Shown one piece after another: positions 55,386-64,000 of a stretch of DNA of 64,000 nt. Below the pieces are notes generated by a model that saw nothing but the letters and a program-made list of their open reading frames with translations, was not told the DNA's origin and ran no database searches. Where the stretch lies: the NCBI RefSeq assembly GCF_009914755.1, contig NC_060939.1; one strand, given 5' to 3'. How positions within the stretch are numbered: the stretch's first letter is position 1; each line of letters opens with the position of its first letter. This DNA is from the human T2T-CHM13v2.0 reference genome, Homo sapiens. Both the position numbers and the translations under genes were made by a program.

Positions 55386-57291
55386 CTAGGATGTGCCTAA
55401 CTTAACTTTTTGACATAACCCTGTACTGATCATCCAGGTGATGGAGCTTTTGTCTAGACTCTGCCTAAGGGGGCATTGTGACATATTTCTGCATTGATCA
55501 CCCAGGTGGCGAACTCTTCTCTCGGATCTGCCTATGGGGGCATTGTGAGAAATCTCTGCACTGATCACCCAGGTGATGTAACTGTTGTGTAACCTCTGCC
55601 TACAGGGGAATTGTGAGAGATCTCGTCACTGATTACCTAAGTGATGTAACCAATGTCTAGGCTTTGCGTACAGGGGGCTTTGTTACATACCTTTGCACTG
55701 ATCACCCAGGTGATGTAACACATCTAAGTTCGGCCTTAAGGAGCTTTGTGACATATCTCTGCACTGATCACTTAGGTGATGTAACACTTTTATAATCATT
55801 GCCTACAGGGAATTTTGACAAATCTCAGCACTGATCACCTAGGTGATGTCACTCTTGTCTACCCTCTGTCCAACGGGGCATTGTGAAATATCTCTGCACT
55901 GATCACCCAGGTGATTCAACTCTTGACTAGGAACTGCCTAGAGAGGTTATTGTGAAATATCTCTGCACTGATAAACTAGGGGGTGTAACACTTGTCCAAG
56001 CTCTGCCTACAGGGTCGTTTCCACATATCCCTGAACTGATGACAAAGGTGATGTAACTCTTGCCTAGGCTTTTCCTACAGGGAACATTGGACATATATCT
56101 GCACTGATCACCCAGGTGATGCTAATCTTGCCTAGGCTTTGCCTACAGGGGACATTGTGACATATCTCTTCAATGATCACTCATGTGATGCATCTCTTGC
56201 CTATGCTTTGCCTACAGGGGACATTGTGACATATCTCACCACTGATCTGCCAGGTGCTGTAACTTTAGTCTAGGCTCTGGCTACACGGCATTGTGACATA
56301 TCACTGCACTGATCAACCAGGTGATATAACTCTTGTATAGGCTCTGCCTACAGGGGGATTGTGACCTACCTCTGCACTGATCACCCAGGTGATACAACTC
56401 ATCTCTAGGATCTGCCTACAAGGTACTTTGTGACATATCACTGCACTGATCACCCAGGTGATCTAACTCTGGTCTAAGCTCTGCCTAAAGGGGCATTGTG
56501 ACAGATCTCTGCACTGATCACTCTGGTGATGTAAGGATTGTCTAGGCTCTGCTTCAAGGGGCCTTGTCACATATCTCTGCACTGATCACTCAGGTGATGT
56601 AACTCTTGTTTAGGCTCTGCTTCGAGGGCATATTGTGACATATCTATGCACTGATCACCTTAGTGATGTAACACTTTGGTAGGCTCGGTCTACAGGGGAA
56701 TCTTGACATATCTCTGCACTGTTAACCGAGGTGATTTAACTCTTGTCTAGGCTGTGCCCACAGGGGGATTGAGACATATCTCTGCACTAATCCCGAGGTG
56801 ATACAACTCTTGCCTGGTCTCGGCCTACTGTGGACATTGTGACATAACTCTGCACTGATCTCCCAGGTGCTGTAACTTTAGTCTAGGCTCTGGTTACACG
56901 GCATTGTGACATATCACTGCACTGATCACCCAGGCGATATAACTCTTCTCTAGGATCTGACCACAGGGTGCTTTGTGACATATCCCTGCAATGATCACCC
57001 AGGTGATATACCACTTGCCAAGGCTCTGCCTACAGGGGCATTACAATGTATCTCTGCACTGATCACCTAGGTCTTCTAGCTATTTTCTAGGATCTGCCTA
57101 CAGGGTGCTTTGTGACGTGTCCCAGCAAGGATTACCCAGGTGATGTACCTCTCATCAAGTCCCTGCCTACAGGCACATTGTGATGTATCTCTGCACTGAT
57201 CACCTCGGTCATGTAAATTTTTTCTAGGCTCTACCAACGATGTCATTCTGACATATCTCTGCACTAATCATCCAAGTGATGTAACTCTTGT

Positions 57292-59129
57292 CTAGGATGT
57301 GCCTAAATTAACTTTTTGACATAACCCTGTACTGATCATCCAGGTGATGGAGCTTTTGTCTAGGCTCTGCCTAAGGGGGCATTGTGACATATTTCTGCAT
57401 TGATCACCCAGGTGGCGAACTCTACTCTCGGATCTGCCTATGGGGGCATTTTGAGAAATCTCTGCACTGATCACCCAGGTGATGTAACTGTTGTGTAACC
57501 TCTGTCTACAGGGGAATTGTGAGAGATCTCGCCACTGATTACCCAAGTGATGTAATCGTTGTCTAGGCTTTGCGTACAGGGGGCTTTGTGACATACATTT
57601 GCACTGATCACCCAGGTGATGTAACACATCTAAGTTCGGCCTAAAGGAGCTTTGTGACATATCTCTGCAGTGATCGCTTAGGTGATGTAACACTTTTATA
57701 ATCACTGGCTACAGGGAATTTTGACAAACCTCTGCACTGGTCACCTAGGTGATGTAACTCTTGTCTACCCTCTGTCCAACGGGGCATTGTGAAATATCTC
57801 TGCACTGATCACCCAGGTGATTCAACTCTAGACTAGGGACTGCCTACAGAGGTTATTGTGAAATATCTCTGCACTGATAAACTAGGTGGTGTAACCCTTG
57901 TCCAAGCTCTGCCTACAGGGGCGTTTCCACATATCCCTGAACTGATGACAGAGGTGATGTAACTCTTGCCTAGGCTTTGCCTACAGGGAACATTGGACAT
58001 ATATCTGCACTGATCACCAAGGTGATGCAACTCTTTCCTAGGCTTTGCCTACAGGGGACATTGTGACATATCTCTTCAATGATCACTCATGTGATGCATC
58101 TCTTGCCTAGGCTTTGCCTACAGGGGACATTGTGACATATCTCTGCACTGATCTCCCAGGTGCTGTAACTTTAGTCTAAGCTCTGGCTACACGGCATTGT
58201 GACATATCACTGCACTGATCAACCAGGTGATATAACTCTTGCATAGGCTCTGCATACAGGGGGATTGTGACCTACCTCTGCACTGATCACCCAGGTGATA
58301 TAACTCTTCTCTAGGATCTTCCTACAGGGTACTTTGTGACATATCCCTGCACTGATCACCCAGGTGATTTATCTCTGGTCTAAGCTCTGCCTAAAGGGGC
58401 CTTGTCACATATCTCTGCACTGATCACCCAGGTGATGTAACTCTTGTCTAGGCTCTGCTTCCAGGGCATATTGTGACATATCTATGCACTGATTATCTTA
58501 GTGATGTAACACTTTGGTAGGCTCGGCCTACAGGGGAATCTTGACATATCTCTGCACTGTTAACCGAGGTGATTTAACTCTTGTCTAGGCTGTGCCCACA
58601 GGGGGATTGAGACATATCTCTGCACTGATCCCGAGGTGATACAATTCTTGCCTGGTCTCTGCCTACTGTGGACATTGTGACATATCTCTGCACTGATCTC
58701 CCAGGTGCTGTAACTTTAGTCTAGGCTCTGGCTACACGGCATTGTGACATATCACTGCACTGATCACCCAGGCGATATAACTCTTCTCTAGGATCTGACC
58801 ACAGGGTGCTTTGTGACATATCCCTGCAATGATCACCCAGGTGATATACCACTTGCCAAGGCTCTGCCTACAGGGGCATTGCAATGTATCTCTGCACTGA
58901 TCACCTAGGTCTTGTAGCTATTTTCTAGGATCTGTCTACAGGGTGCTTTGTGACGTGTCCCAGCAAGGATTACCCAGGTGATGTACCTCTCATCAAGGCT
59001 CTGCCTACAGGCACATTGTGATGTATCTCTGCACTGATCACCTATGTCATTTAACTTTTTTCTAGGCTCTACCTACGATGGCATTGTGACATATCTCGGC
59101 ACTAATCATCCAAGTGATGTAACTCTTGT
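57292..59129. repeat. Independent 27-mer HOR variant (m17/m18 fusion)
   Basis: A 1838-bp unit with m14 and m15 intact, but with CTAAGCTCTGCCTAAAGGGGCCTTGTCACAT at ~58380-58410. Confidence 0.87.
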
Positions 59130-62100
59130 CTAGGATGTGCCTAAATTAACTTTTTGACATAACCCTGTACTGATCATCCAGGTGATGGAGCTATTGTCTA
59201 GGCTCTGCCTAAGGGGGCATTGTGACATATTTCTGCATTGATCACCCAGGTGGCGAACTCTTCTCTCGGGTCTGCCTATGGGGGCATTGTGAGAAATCTC
59301 TGCACTGATAACCCAGGTGATGTAACTGTTGTGTAACCTCTGCCTACAGGGGAATTGTGAGAGATCTCATCACTGATTACCCAAGTGATGTAACCGTTGT
59401 CTAGGCTTTGCATACAGGGGGCTTTGTGACATACATTTGCACTGATCACCCAGGTGATGTAACACATCTAAGTTCGGCCTAAAGGAGCTTTGTGACATAT
59501 CTCTGCACTGATCACTTAGGTGATGTAACACTTTTATAATCACTGCCTACAGGGAATTTTGACAAATCTCTGCACTGATCACCTAGGTGATGTAACTCTT
59601 GTCTACCCTCTGTGCAACGGGGCCTTGTGAAATATCTCTGCACTGATCACCCAGGTGATTCAACTCTTGACTAGGAACTGCCTACAGAGGTTATTGTGAA
59701 ATATCTCTGCACTGATAAACTAGGTGGTGTAAACCTTGCCCAAGCTCTGCCTACAGGGGCGTTTACACATATCCCTGAACTGATGACAAAGGTGATGTAA
59801 CTCTTGCCTAGGCTTTGCCTACAGGGAACATTGGACATATATCTGCACTGATCACCCAGGTGATGCAACTCTTGCCTAGGCTTTGCCTACAGGGGACATC
59901 GTGACATATCTCTTCAATGATCACTCATGTGATGCATCTCTTGCCTAGGCTTTGCCTACAGGGGACATTGTGACATATCTCTGCACTGATCTCCCAGGTG
60001 CTGTAACTTTAGTCTAGGCTCTGGCTACACGGCATTGTGACATATCAATGCACTGATCAACCAGGTGATATAACTCTTTTATAGGTTTCTGCCTACAGGG
60101 GGATTGTGAACTACCACTGCACTGATCACCCAGGTGATATAACTCTTCTCTAGGATCTGCCTACAGGGTACTTTGTGACATATCTCTGCACTGATCACCC
60201 AGGTGATCTAACTCTGGTCTAAGCTCTGCCTAAAGGGGCATTGTGACAGATCTCTGCACTGATCACTCTGGTGATGTAAGTATTGTCTAGCCTCTGCTTC
60301 AAGGGTTCTTGTCACATATCTCTGCACTGATCACCCAGGTGATGTAACTCTTGTCTAGGCTCTGCTTCCAGGGCATATTGTGACATATCTATGCACTGAT
60401 CACCTTAGTGATGTAACACTTTGGTAGGCTCGGCCTACAGGGGAATCTTGACATATCTCTGCACTGTTAACCGAGGTGATTTAACTCTTGTCTAGGCTGT
60501 GCCCACAGGGGGATTGAGACATATCTCTGCACTGATCCCGAGGTGATACAACTCTTGCCTGGTCTCTGCCTACTGTGGACATTGGGACATATCTCTGCAC
60601 TGATCTCCCAGGTGCTGTAACTTTAGTCAAGGCTCTGGCTACACGGCATTGTGACATATCACTGCACTGATCACCCAGGCGATATAACTCTTCTCTAGGA
60701 TCTGACCACAGGGTGCTTTGTGACATATCCCTGCAATGATCACCCAGGTGATATACCACTTGCCAAGGCTCTGCCTACAGGGGCATTGCAATGTATCTCT
60801 GCACTGATCACCTAGGTCTTGTAGCTATTTTCTAGGATCTGCCTACACGGTGCTTTGTGACGTGTCCCAGCAAGGATTACCCAGGTGATGTACCTCTCAT
60901 CAAGGCTCTGCCTACAGGCACATTGTGATGTATCTCTGCACTGATCACCTAGGTCATGTAACCTTTTTCTAGGCTCTACCTACGATGGCATTGTGACATA
61001 TCTCTGCACTAATCATCCAAGTGATGTAACACTTGTCTAGGATGTGCCTAAATTAACTTTTTGACATAACCCTGTACTGATCATCCAGGTGATGGAGCTT
61101 TTGTCTAGGCTCTGCCTAAGGGGGCATTGTGACATATTTCTGCATTGATCCCCCAGGTGGCGAACTCTTCTCTCGGATCTGCCTATGGGGGCATTGTGAG
61201 AAATCTCTGCACTGATCACCCAGGTGATGTAACTGTTGTGTAACCTCTGCCTCCTGGGGAATTGTGAGAGATCTCGTCACTGATTATCCAAGTGATGTAA
61301 CCGTTGTCTAGGCTTTGCATACAGGGGGCTTTTTGACATACCTTTGCACTGATCACCCAGGTGATGTAACACATCAAAGTTCGGCCTAAAGGAGCTTTGT
61401 GACATATCTCTGCACTGATCACTTAGGTGATGTAACACTTTTATAATCACTGCCTACAGGGAATTTTGACAAATCTCTGCACTGATCACCTAGGTGATGT
61501 AACTCTTGTCTACCCCCTGTCCAACAGGGCATTGTGAAATATCTCTGCACTGATCAGCCAGGTGATTCAACTCTTGACTAGGAACTGCCTACAGAGGTTA
61601 TTGTGAAATATCTCTGCACTGATAAACTAGGTGGTGTAACCATTGTCCAAGCTCTGCCTACAGGGGCATTTCCACATATCCCTGAACTGATGACAAAGGT
61701 GATGTAATTCTTGCCTAGGCTTTCCCTGCAGGGAACATTGGACATATATCTGCACTGATCACCCAGGTGATGCAACTCTTGCCTAGGCTTTGCCTACAGG
61801 GGACATTGTGACATATCTCTTCAATGATCACTCATATGATGCATCTCTTGCCTAGGCTTTGCCTACAGGGGACATTGTGACATATCTCTGCACTGATCTC
61901 CCAGTTGCTGTAACTTTAGTCTAGGCTCTGGCTACACGGCATTGTGACATATCACTGCACTGATCAACCAGGTGATATAACTCTTGTATAGGCTCTGCCT
62001 ACAGGGGGATTGCGACCTACCTCTGCACTGATCACGCAGGTGATATAACTCTTCTCTAGTATCTTCCTACAGGGTACTTTGTGACATATCCCTGCACTGA

Positions 62101-64000
62101 TCACCCAGGTGATCTATCTCTGGTCTAAGCTCTGCCTAAACGGGCATTGTGACAGATCTCTGCACTGATCACTCAGGTGATGTAAGTATTGTCTAGGCTC
62201 TGCTTCAAGGGGCCTTGTCACATATCTCTGCACTGATCACCCAGGTGATGTAACTCTTGTCTAGGCTCTGCTTCCAGGGCATATTGTGACATATCTATGC
62301 ACTGATCACCTTAGTGATGTAACACTTTGGTAGGCTCGGCCTACAGGGGAATCTTGACATATCTCTGCACTGTTAAGCGAGGTGATTTAACTCTTGTCTA
62401 GGCTGTGCCCACAGGGGGATTGAGACATATCTCTGCACTGATCCCGAGGTGATACAACTCTTGCCTGGTCTCTGCCTACTGTGGACCTTGTGACATATCT
62501 CTGCACTGATCTCCCAGGTGCTGTAACTTTAGTCTAGGCTCTGGCTACACGGCATTGTGACATATCACTGCAGTGATCACCCAGGCGATATAACTCTTCT
62601 CTAGGATCTGACCACAGGGTGCTTTGTGACATATCCCTGCAATGATCACCCAGGTGATATACAACTTGCGAAGGCTCTGCCTACAGGGGCATTGCAATGT
62701 ATCTCTGCACTGATCACCTAGGTCTTGTAGCTATTTTCTAGGATCTGCCTACAGGGTGCTTTGTGAGGTGTCCCAGCAAGGATTACCCAGGTGATGTATC
62801 TCTCATCAAGGCTCTGCCTACAGGCACATTGTGATGTATCTCTGCACTGATCACCTAGGTCATGTAACTTTTTTCTAGGCTCTACCTACGATGGCATTGT
62901 GACATATCTCTGCACTAATCATCCAAGTGATGTAACACTTGTCTAGGATGTGCCTAAATTAACTTTTTGACATAACCCTGTACTGATCATCCAGGTGATG
63001 GAGCTTTTGTCTAGGCTCTGCCTAAGGGGGCATTGTGACATATTTCTGCATTGATCACCCAGGTGGCGAACTCTTCTCTCGGATCTGCCTATGGGGGCAT
63101 TGTGAGAAATCTCTGCACTGATAACCCAGGTGATGTAACTGTTGTGTAACCTCTGCCTACAGGAGAATTGTGAGAGATCTCGTCACTGATTACCCAAGTG
63201 ATGTAACCGTTGTCTAGGCTTTGCATACAGGGGGCTTTGTGACATACCTTTGCACTGATCACCCAGGTGATGTAACACATCTAAGTTCGGCCTAAAGGAG
63301 CTTTGTGACATATCTCTGCACTGATCACTTAGGTGATGTAACACTTTTATAATCACTGCCTACAGGGAATTTTGACAAATCTCTGCACTGATCACCTAGG
63401 TGATGTAACTCTTGTCTACCCTCTGTCCAACGGGGCATTGTGAAATATCTCTGCACTGATCACCCAGGTGATTCAACTCTTGACTAGGAACTGCCTACAG
63501 AGGTTATTGTGAAATATCTCTGCACTGATAAACTAGGTGGTGTAACCCTTGTCCAAGCTCTGCCTACAGCGGCGTTTCCACATATCCCTGAACTGATGAC
63601 AAAGGTGATGTAACTCTTGCCTAGGCTTTGCCTACAGGGAACATTGGACATATATCTGCACTGATCACCCAGGTGATGCAGCTCCTGCCTAGGCTTTGCC
63701 TACAGCGGACATTGTGACATATCACTTCAATGATCACTCATGTGATGCATCTCTTGCCTAGGCTTTGCCTACAGGGGACATTGTGACATATCTCTGCACT
63801 GATCTCCCAGGAGCTGTAACTTTAGTCTAGGCTCTGGCTACACGGCATTGTGACATATCACTGCACTGATCAACCAGGTGATATAACTCTTGTATAGGCT
63901 CTGCCTACAGGGGGATTGTGACCTACCTCTTCACTGATCACCCAGGTGATATAACTCTTCTCTAGGATCTGCCTACAGGGTACTTTGTGACATATCCCTG

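Larger units (their letters stand above)
1..64000. repeat. Beta satellite (68-bp Sau3A satellite, BSR/Beta) tandem array, human/hominoid
   Basis: Seen: 66-69 bp monomers with core TGCACTGATCACCCAGGTGATGTAACTCTTGTCTAGGCTCTGCCTACAGGGGCATTGTGACATATCTC run end to end in one orientation, with a GATC (Sau3A) site in most monomers. Established: this matches the 68-bp beta satellite consensus as I recall it. Species and chromosome are not verifiable without a search. Confidence 0.97.

Noticed and set aside
1149-63280. Recurrent 60-137 aa minus-strand ORFs with His/Cys motifs (HHLGDQCR, YITWVISAE), superficially like zinc-binding repeat proteins
   Set aside because: They are translations of the 68-bp monomer in rotating frames. 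They open and close with single substitutions between HOR copies and show no sign of coding constraint. The minus-strand bias follows from TGA/TAA/TAG-rich plus-strand motifs (CTGATC, GTGATGTAA, CTAGG).
1-64000. CRISPR-like look: a conserved, partly palindromic ~30-bp core alternating with more variable sequence at ~68-bp period
   Set aside because: The apparent spacers are homologous to each other and recur in fixed HOR order. There are no unique spacers, leader or cas genes, and the monomer matches beta satellite.
1-64000. Alpha satellite/CENP-B boxes, D4Z4/DUX4, LSau, Alu or L1 insertions
   Set aside because: The period is 68 bp rather than 171 bp. I saw no GC-rich segment, poly(A) tail or non-satellite interval, and the marker spacings are accounted for by whole monomers.
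1-64000. Assignment to a specific chromosome or species
   Set aside because: An acrocentric short-arm origin is plausible from the ~2-kb HOR, but beta satellite occurs at several loci and in other apes, so alignment is needed. If the source is labelled non-primate, suspect human contamination.

Overview
The whole 64 kb is one uninterrupted, single-orientation tandem array of ~68-bp monomers (consensus approx. GATCACCCAGGTGATGTAACTCTTGTCTAGGCTCTGCCTACAGGGGCATTGTGACATATCTCTGCACT). I recognise this as human/hominoid beta satellite (Sau3A 68-bp satellite, BSR/Beta), about 940 monomers. I find no credible genes, RNA genes, CRISPR arrays or transposon insertions. The listed ORFs are repeat artefacts. 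The monomers form a higher-order repeat (HOR). A unique marker monomer (CTAGGATGTGCCTAAATTAAC, called m1 here) occurs 33 times and defines 32 complete units of 28,29,31,29,29,41,28,28,37,37,37,19,27,28,27,27,28,27,27,27,27,27,28,23,27,23,27,26,28,27,28,28 monomers. The reference unit is the 28-mer (1906 bp). I see no new gene-based system. The interest is the readable recombination history: an older 29-mer haplotype block, reciprocal +613/-613 bp variants at a duplicated monomer, recurrent fusion monomers, super-repeats of 3.4, 3.8, 5.6 and 7.4 kb, and matching haplotypes at the two ends of the window. All counts were made by eye; junction positions are approximate to a few bases.
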